DNA of 64,000 bases, taken from assembly GCA_040326155.1 (NCBI GenBank), contig JBEQLE010000004.1, positions 1-64,000 of the forward strand. The letters are read 5' to 3'. Source of the DNA: Leptospirales bacterium. Its GTDB lineage: Bacteria > Spirochaetota > Leptospiria > Turneriellales > JAOUFE01. The notes below the pieces were generated by a model. The model did no database searches and was not told the DNA's origin. It worked only from the letters and a program-made list of their open reading frames with translations. The position numbers and the translations under genes were made by a program. Positions 38,789 through 48,137 of the stretch are shown in pieces (position 1 is the stretch's first letter; each line of letters starts with the position of its first letter).

Positions 38789-41548
38789 TTATACGCGAAC
38801 ACCAAGAGATTCTTTTACAATTCGATTTTGTTCTTTTTCATGTAATTTATAGATTCCTTCTGCAGGCACCGCCGAAGATGGGCGTGAAACAACTGAAAGA
38901 CCTGCCCTCTCAGGAATAAGTTTTATAAGCTGATCTCGAATATAAGAGTTCGCTCCCATGTTTTCAGGTTCTTCTTGAGCCCACACAAACTCGGTAGCAT
39001 TCGAATATTGGTTTATGACTTGCTTTAACTCAACTTCGGGAAAAGGATACAATTGTTCGACTCTTACAAGGGAAACATGAACCAGATTTTTTTCATCCCG
39101 AACTTTTTGAATGTCGTAATAAATTTTACCCGAACAAAAAATTACCCTTTTCGGATTTAGCAGCCTATCCCAGATAACGGGTAAAAAACCATCGTTATAA
39201 AAATCTTTAAGTTCGGAGAACGACTCTGTATAACGCAAAAGACTTTTCGGAGTAAACACCAGCAGAGGTTTTCGGTCGTGTAAAACCATCTGACGGCGTA
39301 GCGCGTGAAAATACTGCGCCGGGGTGGTTAAATTCACTATGCGCATATTCTCTTGAGAGGCCATCTGTAAAAAACGTTCGAGCCGGGCGCTGGAGTGTTC
39401 AGGCCCCTGCCCCTCATAACCATGCGGCAATAACATCGTCAAAGCGCTTTTTCTGTGCCATTTTTGTTCTGCAGAAGAGATAAACTGGTCAAAAATTACC
39501 TGGGCTCCGTTTGCAAAATCACCAAACTGAGCTTCCCAGATTACTAAACCGTATGGGTCAACAAGTGAATACCCAAACTCGTACCCGAGCACGGCAAATT
39601 CAGAGAGAGGGGAATTTACAAATTCTACTCCCCTCTCTGTGATGTTCTCAAAAGGAGAAAATTTTGTTCCCGTGTTATAATCAGCTAAAACAGCATGCCT
39701 GTGTGAAAAAGTTCCACGGCTGACATCTTGTCCGCTGAATCTAACCCAAAATTTATCTTTCAATAGTCCCGCCAGAGCCAATGACTCTGCGGCAGCCCAA
39801 TCAAGAGGTTTTTTTTCTTGAACCATCTGTTCCCGGGTAGTATAATAACGTTCGAGTTTAGGGTGTAATTTGAATCCGTCTGGAAATTGTACAAGTGTTC
39901 GTCCCAGCTCTTTTAGTTCCATTTTCGAGGGTATAACAGATATTTTATTTGAATTATGAATAGAACTCCAATTGCCTTTCATTGTATCGACTTCCATTTT
40001 TACATCTTGTTCACGCTGGTCATGTAACCCGTTTTTAAGTTCTTTTTGGTATTTTTCCTTTGCTAAAGTAATAAATTCATCCGAATTTCCTCTTTCTTTT
40101 AAAATTTTTTCATAACCTGCTAAAGCGCCCGGATGTTTTTTAATAATTTTATAAAGAAAAGGCTGAGTAAAAGAGGGTTCATCAGTTTCATTGTGTCCCA
40201 GTTTTCGATATACGACCAAGTCAATTACAATATCTTTATGAAATGTATGACGGTAGCGAATAGCGAGCAAGGCCGCTTTATAAACCGCTTCGGCGTCGTC
40301 TCCATTTACATGAATAACCGGTACATGGTATCCCCTCGCAGGGTCAGTTGCGTGAGGCCCTCCTCGCGAATCACTCGGATCGGTGGTAAACCCAATCTGG
40401 TTATTCAATACAATATGGATGGTACCGCCTGTGCTGAAGCCCTCTACTTTTGACAGGTTCAACGCCTCGGCAACAACCCCCTGGCCGGCAAAAGCTGCGT
40501 CGCCATGTATTACAATACCATAATACTTATTTCGCAGGGTATCTTTTGCCAGTGTCTGTCTGGCTCTTACAGAACCATTCACGACGGGGTGAACAGCTTC
40601 AAGATGAGAAGGATTAAACATTAAAGTCACTTTAAGGTTTTTAGTTTCGGAAAGTTTTCTGATGGCAGAATACCCAAGGTGGTATTTTACATCGGAATAA
40701 TCGGGAGTCGCGGGGTCAAAATTTTCGTTAAATTCGGCAAAGATTTTAGAAAGAGGTTTTTCCAATACGTTCGCCAGAACATTCAGACGACCCCGGTGGG
40801 CCATGCCCAGAACGACCCCTTCTGCGGAAGAAAATTCTGCTTCTCTTAGTAGACTGTTCAATAGAACGATCAGACTTTCACCCCCTTCCAGAGAAAAACG
40901 TTTTTTACCCGGAAATTTATTGCCTGAAAACTTTTCAAAATATTCAGCCTTAATAAGGTCGAGAAATATTTGTTTTTGTATAGAGGTTTCAGGAACACTG
41001 AAAAATGAATCTGATTCCACTTGTTTATAAAACCATGACTTCTCTGCTTGTTTATCAAGATGAGAAATTTCCAACCCGATGGTGTCGCAATAAATTCTCT
41101 CAAACATAGAAATTAATTTTTCGAGAGAGGATGTTCCAAATGCGACGTGGGTAACACTCTTTTTCAACTCTTCGGGGGAAAAACTTTCAATACTTTTTTT
41201 GAGCCATGTTCGCTCGGGCATACGCATTCCCAGGGGGTCAATGCCGGCGGCATAATGGCCGTAATTTCGATACGTGTTCAGTAAAAGTTCTACCCTGGAA
41301 AGCTCCAGCGTACCAGTTGGTGCGACAGTTTGGCTTACAACAGGGGAGCCCGATAATGAAAAACTGTCTCTATTTGACTCATAGGCAGAAAAGAGCGCCC
41401 TCCATTCAGAATCGACTGAAAGTGTATCTTTTCGGTAGCTGGCATAAAGGTCTTCTAATAAAGACAGATTCTCCCCGGAGAATGCTGGTAATATTGATTT
41501 GTCAGTAATGTTCACCGGTTCGGACTCCTTAGACATAGGACGAACCAA
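38789..41548 (-). CDS. sucA: 2-oxoglutarate dehydrogenase E1
   Basis: KRFSLEGGE, GMAHRGRLN, DVKYHLG, HGDAAFAGQG, WEAQFGDF, GPEHSSAR. Confidence 0.97.
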   Translation of the reverse strand: MVRPMSKESEPVNITDKSILPAFSGENLSLLEDLYASYRKDTLSVDSEWRALFSAYESNRDSFSLSGSPVVSQTVAPTGTLELSRVELLLNTYRNYGHYAAGIDPLGMRMPERTWLKKSIESFSPEELKKSVTHVAFGTSSLEKLISMFERIYCDTIGLEISHLDKQAEKSWFYKQVESDSFFSVPETSIQKQIFLDLIKAEYFEKFSGNKFPGKKRFSLEGGESLIVLLNSLLREAEFSSAEGVVLGMAHRGRLNVLANVLEKPLSKIFAEFNENFDPATPDYSDVKYHLGYSAIRKLSETKNLKVTLMFNPSHLEAVHPVVNGSVRARQTLAKDTLRNKYYGIVIHGDAAFAGQGVVAEALNLSKVEGFSTGGTIHIVLNNQIGFTTDPSDSRGGPHATDPARGYHVPVIHVNGDDAEAVYKAALLAIRYRHTFHKDIVIDLVVYRKLGHNETDEPSFTQPFLYKIIKKHPGALAGYEKILKERGNSDEFITLAKEKYQKELKNGLHDQREQDVKMEVDTMKGNWSSIHNSNKISVIPSKMELKELGRTLVQFPDGFKLHPKLERYYTTREQMVQEKKPLDWAAAESLALAGLLKDKFWVRFSGQDVSRGTFSHRHAVLADYNTGTKFSPFENITERGVEFVNSPLSEFAVLGYEFGYSLVDPYGLVIWEAQFGDFANGAQVIFDQFISSAEQKWHRKSALTMLLPHGYEGQGPEHSSARLERFLQMASQENMRIVNLTTPAQYFHALRRQMVLHDRKPLLVFTPKSLLRYTESFSELKDFYNDGFLPVIWDRLLNPKRVIFCSGKIYYDIQKVRDEKNLVHVSLVRVEQLYPFPEVELKQVINQYSNATEFVWAQEEPENMGANSYIRDQLIKLIPERAGLSVVSRPSSAVPAEGIYKLHEKEQNRIVKESLGVRV

Positions 41549-41605
41549 ATTAGTTTTTTATAATATATGGATATTAAAATGCAAGATAAAAGTGAAATAA
41601 AATTT

Positions 41606-41646
41606 TTTCATTAAAAAACCGGGATTAACCCGGTTTTTTAATGAAA
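41606..41646. terminator. Long hairpin, probable terminator of the 41709-42578 gene
   Basis: TTTCATTAAAAAACCGGG-ATTAA-CCCGGTTTTTTAATGAAA. Confidence 0.75.
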
Positions 41647-41708
41647 TGAATCGACGACAAACAGTAAGAATTTGTTCCTGCTGTTTGTTTCTATATATTA
41701 TTGTCGCC

Positions 41709-42578
41709 CTAATTTGTTTTTTTGGTCTTAACCTCAACTTCTTTATCGTACACCAGATTCTTTGCGTCACTGGCATCTCTTTTAAATTCTTCTGGAATTC
41801 TCGGGTCCAATACCGGGGGCATATTGGCCTCGACTGCAAAACGATTATCGCGTAGGTCAGTTTGAACCGTATATATATCGTTTCTATTCAACAACTGATA
41901 TATTCTTACAACATTCAGTTTAGACTTTCTACAATAGTTAATCGCAGCAAGGTATCTTTCAATTCGCATAGCATGATATCTGGGGTCTGGTTTTTTACCA
42001 TCTTCAAACCATTTCTCAAGATCGATTCCCGCTTTACGAATTCGACGCGCTTCAGTAAGCCGCTCGTAACCCATTTCAATATTACGGAAAATAGTATAAC
42101 GGTCATACGTGAGGTGAAACTCAGTAGGGTCATAAGAGCGGGCTTCGCCGGGGTCAATATCAACCCCATACCGGCGTACAAGCTCTGAGTTTTTATCAAA
42201 CTTAACACGCAAGTCGACGAAATTCTTAATTACCCTTTGCAACATGGTTGACGTACGCTCGATATAATTAAGACTCATTTGCTCAAAAAGTTTTTCGAGC
42301 TTTTGCTGGGTTGCCAGCTGAGTTTTATATGAATCAACATAGTTTCTTTCTAAAAACAAAGAAAGTCCGGCAAGGTAGTCATTTTTAATTACTTCAAACT
42401 CTTTTTTTTGATCTTCCGTACCGAAATTTAGTATAGCCACTTCAATACCGACTATAAATTTTTGATTTTCGGCAGTCTTTTCTTTTGCTTTTTGACTGGG
42501 CGGAACCGCCACAACCGAGCCGATGTATCCGAAAAATACGGAAACTAATATAATAGCTTTAATTTTTTTTATATTCAT
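41709..42578 (-). CDS. Secreted alpha-helical hypothetical protein
   Basis: GAAGGGG RBS, signal peptide, helical periodicity. Confidence 0.75.
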   Translation of the reverse strand: MNIKKIKAIILVSVFFGYIGSVVAVPPSQKAKEKTAENQKFIVGIEVAILNFGTEDQKKEFEVIKNDYLAGLSLFLERNYVDSYKTQLATQQKLEKLFEQMSLNYIERTSTMLQRVIKNFVDLRVKFDKNSELVRRYGVDIDPGEARSYDPTEFHLTYDRYTIFRNIEMGYERLTEARRIRKAGIDLEKWFEDGKKPDPRYHAMRIERYLAAINYCRKSKLNVVRIYQLLNRNDIYTVQTDLRDNRFAVEANMPPVLDPRIPEEFKRDASDAKNLVYDKEVEVKTKKTN

Positions 42579-42760
42579 TGTAATCCCCTTCACTTTAATC
42601 TATTGCTTTAATAGAATCCTACGTTTCATTATCGACCTGAATACGTAAACTTCTTAAATGTATTATTAGAAAATAATGTCAACATTTTTATTATGAACAA
42701 ATGACAATTAAATGGCTAAATAGCGAAGATCCGAGATAAAACATTCGATAATAAAAATAA

Positions 42761-44095
42761 ATGCTGAAAAACAGAGTCATATTACCGGAAAATCGTTACA
42801 AAGAAATATGGGATATCTATATAATATTAATTACCCTGTTTACAGCAATAGAAGTTCCGCTTCGCCTGGCCTTTTCTTACACTACCGGAACGTCAATTTT
42901 TCAGATAGAAGTATTAATCAGCATTTCATTTGCTTTTGATATTATTATGAATTTTCATATGGCATATAAGTCGGGAACCGGGTACATTACATCGAAATCA
43001 AAAATTGCGTCGAGGTATCTGCGCGGGTGGTTTACCATGGACCTTCTTGCGACGATTCCCTTTTTTCTATTCACCGGAGTTTTAGCAGCAGAAGGCGCTC
43101 ACTCCTTACGCATATTAAGGCTTTTTCAGCTGAATCGCATTATAAAGTTGCTGGGAATTGCTCGTTTTACAAAAAACTGGGAAAGACACCACTCACTGAA
43201 TCCATCGATGTACAGGCTAATTTTCTTTATTATTTTTATCTCATTGGCAGCTCACTGGATAGCTTGCGGCTGGATGCTTCTTGGCGGGGTTTCTGATTTT
43301 TCAGGAACTCTGTTTGAAACCTATACCTGGGCACTGTATTGGGCCATAACTACGTTAACAACAGTGGGGTACGGGGATGTAACTCCTACCACTGTGGGGC
43401 AGCAATATTATACCATGATGGTTATGATTGCAGGGGTTGGCACGTATGGATATGTTATTGGTAACGTGGCGAGTTTTTTAGCAAACATGGATCTTGTTAA
43501 AGCAGGATACCGTAAAAAAATGGAAGAAATTACAGCTTTCTTAAATTACCGATCTGTTCCGCCGGAACTACAACAGAGGGTGCATGAATATTATGAACAC
43601 CTCTGGGAAAGCCGTCTCGGTCACGACGAAGAGAGTGTATTAAACGATATTCCGAATCCCCTGAAAACAGACTTAGCTTTATATATGCGACAAGATTTAA
43701 TAAAAAAGGTTCCGTTTTTTGCCGAGGGAAGTGAGTCGCTTTTAAGAGATCTGGTTATGGCGCTACGTCCACGGGTCTATCTGCCCGGAGCGTATATTAT
43801 TCGAAAAGGTGATATGGGAACATGCATGTATATTATCAGTACGGGAACGGTAGAAGTTGTTTCGGAAGATGAAAAAAAGATATATGCAACACTCAACGAG
43901 GGTACTTTTGTCGGGGAGATGGCTCTGGTTCTGGAGCAACCTCGAACGGCTAATGTACGAACACGAGAATATTGCGATTTGTACATTCTAGAAAAAGAAG
44001 ATTTTGATGATGTCCTGAAAAATCACCCCTCCTTTGCAAAATTCATACGCAAAGTAACAAATGAAAGATTAAAAGAATATAAAAAACGACATTAA
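42761..44095 (+). CDS. Cyclic nucleotide-gated K+ channel (SthK/LliK-like)
   Basis: 6TM, S4 LRILRLFQLNR, TTVGYGD filter, C-linker, CNBD FVGEMAL..PRTANV. Confidence 0.95.
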   Translation: MLKNRVILPENRYKEIWDIYIILITLFTAIEVPLRLAFSYTTGTSIFQIEVLISISFAFDIIMNFHMAYKSGTGYITSKSKIASRYLRGWFTMDLLATIPFFLFTGVLAAEGAHSLRILRLFQLNRIIKLLGIARFTKNWERHHSLNPSMYRLIFFIIFISLAAHWIACGWMLLGGVSDFSGTLFETYTWALYWAITTLTTVGYGDVTPTTVGQQYYTMMVMIAGVGTYGYVIGNVASFLANMDLVKAGYRKKMEEITAFLNYRSVPPELQQRVHEYYEHLWESRLGHDEESVLNDIPNPLKTDLALYMRQDLIKKVPFFAEGSESLLRDLVMALRPRVYLPGAYIIRKGDMGTCMYIISTGTVEVVSEDEKKIYATLNEGTFVGEMALVLEQPRTANVRTREYCDLYILEKEDFDDVLKNHPSFAKFIRKVTNERLKEYKKRH

Positions 44096-44192
44096 TGCGA
44101 AGTTACCGACCATACGGGCAGAGAATTCCCTATTTTCCCCGCATAATGTCCAAAACAGCTTTACATAGGGGCGGCAAGCTTCACGTAAGCAA

Positions 44193-45392
44193 ATGAACGC
44201 AGACAAGCTCGGTTATTTTGGTCATTTTGGCGGACGATATGTTTCGGAACTACTCATGCCAGCGCTTATTGAACTTGAAGCGGCTTATAATAAATTTCGA
44301 AAAGATAAAGACTTTCGCAAAGAATACGATTTTATACTACGTGAATATGCAGGACGTCCCACAAACCTATACCTTGCGCCACGAATTTCTGAGAAATGGA
44401 AAGCTAAGGTTTATTTAAAAAGAGAAGACACCTTACATACAGGTGCTCATAAAATAAATAACACGCTCGGGCAAACTTTGTTAGCGAGTAAAATGAATAA
44501 AAAAAGAATTATCGCAGAAACAGGTGCGGGTCAACACGGAGTTGCAACGGCCACAGCGTGCAGCTTATTCAATTTACCATGCACTATATATATGGGCGAA
44601 GAAGATTTAAGACGCCAGGCCCTCAATGGATTTCGAATTGGTCTGCTGGGCGCCGAAATTATCGGAGCCGGGGGAAAAAAGGGAACATTACGTGACGCAG
44701 TTTCTGAGGCCCTTCGCGACTGGGCAAAAAACGTAGGCGATACCCATTACGTTCTTGGTTCAGCCGTCGGCCCCCACCCCTTTCCTACTATGGTTCGAGA
44801 TTTTCAATCTGTTATCGGTAAAGAAACCAGAAAACAGATTATTACAAAGGAAGGAACACTACCACACGCTGTAATTGCCTGCGTTGGCGGGGGCTCGAAT
44901 GCAATCGGAATGTTCCATGGGTTCTTAAAAGACACCAAAGTAAAACTAATCGGCGTGGAAGCAGCAGGACATGGTTTAAACAAAGGTTTACACTCAGCAA
45001 AACTCGCAAAAGGAAAGCCGGGCATATTTCAAGGCTCACTCAGCTATGTTTTACAAAATGGAGACGGGCTGGTACAACCGGTTCACTCGGTTTCTGCGGG
45101 TCTCGATTACCCCGGCGTTGGGCCCGAACACGCCTATTTAAAAGACAGCGGACGCGCCGTATATGAGTCCATTACGGACGATGAAGCGCTCGCTGCATTT
45201 TGTGAACTTTCCGAACAAGAAGGAATAATACCAGCTCTTGAAAGTTCCCATGCCATTGCGTATGCCAAAAAGTGGATTCGTAAATCTCAAAAATCGGGAC
45301 TAAAACAACCTGTTGTCATTGTAAACCTTTCGGGTCGAGGGGACAAAGACGTAGCCGAAGTTCAAAGAGTTCTGTCAGAAAAAAACAAATAG
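44193..45392 (+). CDS. trpB: Tryptophan synthase beta chain
   Basis: [44 protein letters not shown]. Confidence 0.98.
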   Translation: MNADKLGYFGHFGGRYVSELLMPALIELEAAYNKFRKDKDFRKEYDFILREYAGRPTNLYLAPRISEKWKAKVYLKREDTLHTGAHKINNTLGQTLLASKMNKKRIIAETGAGQHGVATATACSLFNLPCTIYMGEEDLRRQALNGFRIGLLGAEIIGAGGKKGTLRDAVSEALRDWAKNVGDTHYVLGSAVGPHPFPTMVRDFQSVIGKETRKQIITKEGTLPHAVIACVGGGSNAIGMFHGFLKDTKVKLIGVEAAGHGLNKGLHSAKLAKGKPGIFQGSLSYVLQNGDGLVQPVHSVSAGLDYPGVGPEHAYLKDSGRAVYESITDDEALAAFCELSEQEGIIPALESSHAIAYAKKWIRKSQKSGLKQPVVIVNLSGRGDKDVAEVQRVLSEKNK

Positions 45393-45397
45393 GCAGT

Positions 45398-46150
45398 TTG
45401 GAATTGGCCCTGCATATATATAAACTCGATTCAACAAACCCGTTTTTAAACCTGGCTACAGAGGAGTACTTTCTAAACCAGGTTAATAAATTAGATGAGA
45501 ACGCTTACCTGTTTTTCTATGAAAATTCCTCGTCCGTCATTCTGGGAAAAACCCTGGACCTACCCAAAGAAGTCTACAGCCATAAAAAACTCCCGTTTAC
45601 AATACGACGCTCCTCCGGTGGAGGCAGTGTCGCACACTTCCCGGGAAATCTCAATTACGGAATATTACTTAGCCTTGAACATTACCCCGAGCTGAACAAT
45701 ATCTCAAATTCATACCAGATTATACTCCAGACATTGGCCAAAGCCATCTACCCTGCCTTAGCCGTACAGGTAGCCGGTATATCCGATTTATCGATTGCCC
45801 AAAAAGGAGAGTTAAAAAAAATCTCAGGAAATGCTCAAACACGAAAAAGAAAATGGCTTTTACACCACGGAACTCTAATATACGATACTACTCATTTGTC
45901 GCAAATATCATACTACTTAAAGCCACCGCCCAAAGAACCCGATTACAGGCAATCTCGAAAACATAATGACTTCTTATTGAAAAAAGTTCCACAGCAAGGC
46001 AAACATAGAATTATTCGGTCCATTATAGCCGCATTTTCCCAAAAATTCGACCAAACCCCGGCATGCAAAAAACTCATTCCTGAACAAAAACAGGAAATTC
46101 GCAAATACTGTACATCCTTCATACAAGAACGTCGGTTATCCTTGAAATAG
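45398..46150 (+). CDS. Lipoate-protein ligase family protein
   Basis: NLATEE, RRSSGGGSV, KKISGNAQ, HHGTL. Confidence 0.9.
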   Translation: MELALHIYKLDSTNPFLNLATEEYFLNQVNKLDENAYLFFYENSSSVILGKTLDLPKEVYSHKKLPFTIRRSSGGGSVAHFPGNLNYGILLSLEHYPELNNISNSYQIILQTLAKAIYPALAVQVAGISDLSIAQKGELKKISGNAQTRKRKWLLHHGTLIYDTTHLSQISYYLKPPPKEPDYRQSRKHNDFLLKKVPQQGKHRIIRSIIAAFSQKFDQTPACKKLIPEQKQEIRKYCTSFIQERRLSLK

Positions 46151-46362
46151 TCCAATTTTGAACCCGATTCAGATCAAAAATCGATTAAGGGGAAAAGCTA
46201 GTAGCCAACTCTACGCGAATTCACCCCTTTTCCCTGACTCCGACCACCGTAAAAAACGGCGTTCTCCATCACCCAATACGAAATTTCATTGGCGTCGTTC
46301 AAAAACCAAGCTTTTTGGCCACAAATAACTTCAAACCAAAATCGAACGAAGCGACGAAAGTT

Positions 46363-46462
46363 CCCCGAAGCGAGCTGGCAAAAACCACGTTTTTTGACAG
46401 CGTAAAAACTTCAAACGAACATCGAACGAAGCGACACAAAATAACCGAAGGATTATTTTGTG
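46363..46462 (-). repeat. ~100-bp double-hairpin intergenic repeat (CACAAA family), with a partial tandem copy at ~46300-46356
   Basis: Reverse complement matches 52399-52500 and 53699-53800, including GCTTCGTTCGAT and AAAAAACGTGGTTTTT. Confidence 0.8.
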
Positions 46463-46473
46463 CACTAAAATGT

Positions 46474-46815
46474 CTAGTTTCTGTAACTATACTTCAGCTG
46501 ATCGGCTTTAGCAAACCACATGCCAGCCTCAACCTCGTCACCTAGAAGCTCTTCGTAATAGTATCCAATATCTTCGTATGTTTGTACATTCAGTGGATTA
46601 ATTTTTAGAGCTCTTTTATAACTCAGTAGAGCATCCGTAATATCGTTCGAGTCTTTCGTACAAAGAACAATCAGGTGTCCTCGTAGTACCCACAACCGTT
46701 CTGAAGATGGGTTTTCCACAATACCTTCTTCAATCAGCTCTATGACTTCATACGGGACATCACCCTCATCAGGAAAAATCGAACGTATTTGATCTATATA
46801 ATCTTCTTCACTCAT
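46474..46815 (-). CDS. Small TPR-like protein
   Basis: ALLSYKRALKINP...YEDIGYYY TPR pattern. Confidence 0.7.
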   Translation of the reverse strand: MSEEDYIDQIRSIFPDEGDVPYEVIELIEEGIVENPSSERLWVLRGHLIVLCTKDSNDITDALLSYKRALKINPLNVQTYEDIGYYYEELLGDEVEAGMWFAKADQLKYSYRN

Positions 46816-47162
46816 ATTCTTTACAAATAAAAGCTTATAGAAGCTTAAGCTGATCGCATACAGTCAGTGTGCTTGAAAGAAAGTGCCCCTGGAGAGTCGT
46901 CCGTGTAACCTGTTTTTTAATTTTCCGCATATCTTTACCCCTTGTACCGAAAATAGCTACTTTTCGATGTTTTTATATTTTTTAAACAAATAAGATGCGC
47001 GTAACGAATTTTATTTATATAAAGGAGTATGACCCATTTCTTTTTACTCAGTCAACATTTTTTTTCAATATTTGACAGCATTTTCAAAAATATTAAAAAC
47101 CGATACGCCCTGAAATTAGCATAAATTTGATCAATTTAATAGACAATCTGCTCTATTTAGCT

Positions 47163-47194
47163 TACCATGTGAGTAAGCATTTACTTACATGGTA
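47163..47194. promoter_or_regulatory. Long palindrome, candidate repressor operator
   Basis: TACCATGTGAGTAA-GCAT-TTACTTACATGGTA. Confidence 0.5.
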
Positions 47195-47397
47195 TAGCCC
47201 TGAAAACTAAAAGCACCTAAGTACGGAGAAAAACATGTATTACCATTATAAATTCTTTAAAAATGAAGACGACCATTGGCCCGACTTCTCCGATGAAAAA
47301 CAATTGAAACCAGACCAACCCACCAACACCGAAAAAACCAAAAGAATCGAACTTGATGTTGCCAGCGACAACCAAACATCAAACGAAGCGACTAACT

Positions 47398-47510
47398 CTA
47401 GTGCTGTGTCTGGATAATAAGTTATTTTATTATTCAATAAAAACCTTATCCAGAGACAGCTAAGTCATAGACTCTGAGTGCAAAAGGCACTTCGAGTGGC
47501 GTTTCCGCTT
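47398..47510 (+). mobile_element. CTAG-bounded MITE, copy 3 (right end missing)
   Basis: Nearly identical to 32731-32843; ends at the stop codon of the convergent gene. Confidence 0.85.
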
Positions 47511-47976
47511 ACTCTTTTTCTGCCCAGTCTTTCATTTTTCTTTTTAGTTTTTCTTCCACTTTTTTTGCAATTTCTCGCCACTCTTCGTCATCTTCTTCTT
47601 CGGCCCACTCGTGACAATATTCCGAAAATTTTCTTTCAAACTTTTGCCACTCTCGTGTTTTTTTTCGAGACTTTACCTGTCCGCCTTTACTTGCTCCGCC
47701 CCAGATAGAAACAGCTCCCATTAAAAATCCGAAATCATACCATCCTCCGGTATTATTAATTTCGTAGACTCGAACCGTATCAGAAAAAATTCCAATAATC
47801 AGAGTCACAATACTAATGGCCCCGTGCCAAAGTCCTGCCCAGAACCCAGCCGGAGCCTCGGACACATATTTTGGATCGCCGGCAGCGCATCCAGAAAATA
47901 CAATTAAAATAAAAAATAAGAAAAACGGCAATACCATTCTACGTTTTTTATAAAAACTCATATACTCCCCCTCCAT
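47509..47976 (-). CDS. Hypothetical membrane lipoprotein
   Basis: FSGC lipobox; PAGFWAGLWHG, YEINNTGGWYDFGF. Confidence 0.8.
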   Translation of the reverse strand: MEGEYMSFYKKRRMVLPFFLFFILIVFSGCAAGDPKYVSEAPAGFWAGLWHGAISIVTLIIGIFSDTVRVYEINNTGGWYDFGFLMGAVSIWGGASKGGQVKSRKKTREWQKFERKFSEYCHEWAEEEDDEEWREIAKKVEEKLKRKMKDWAEKE

Positions 47977-48101
47977 CAGTCAAAAATAACCTGAGCTAAA
48001 AAATAGAATTATTTAAAATGCTCCAGCCAATACCAATATACATATATTTTTTATCATGGGAATCTCTTTTTTTTATATCCCATCTTGCTTAAGACAATAA
48101 C

Positions 48102-48130
48102 TTGACTTCAAATGTTTAAATTAATATATT
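48102..48130 (+). promoter_or_regulatory. sigma70 promoter, probable leaderless transcript
   Basis: TTGACT-N17-TATATT, 7 nt before ATG 48138. Confidence 0.6.
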
Positions 48131-48137
48131 TCTACTT

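Noticed and set aside
44096..44192. Possible trp attenuator or T-box upstream of trpB
   Set aside because: No Trp-rich leader peptide, T-box motif or terminator recognisable
46315..46545. ORF-track ORFs over repeats (also 52209-52554, 36422-36652, 47478-47708)
   Set aside because: Translations of intergenic repeat DNA or antisense shadows
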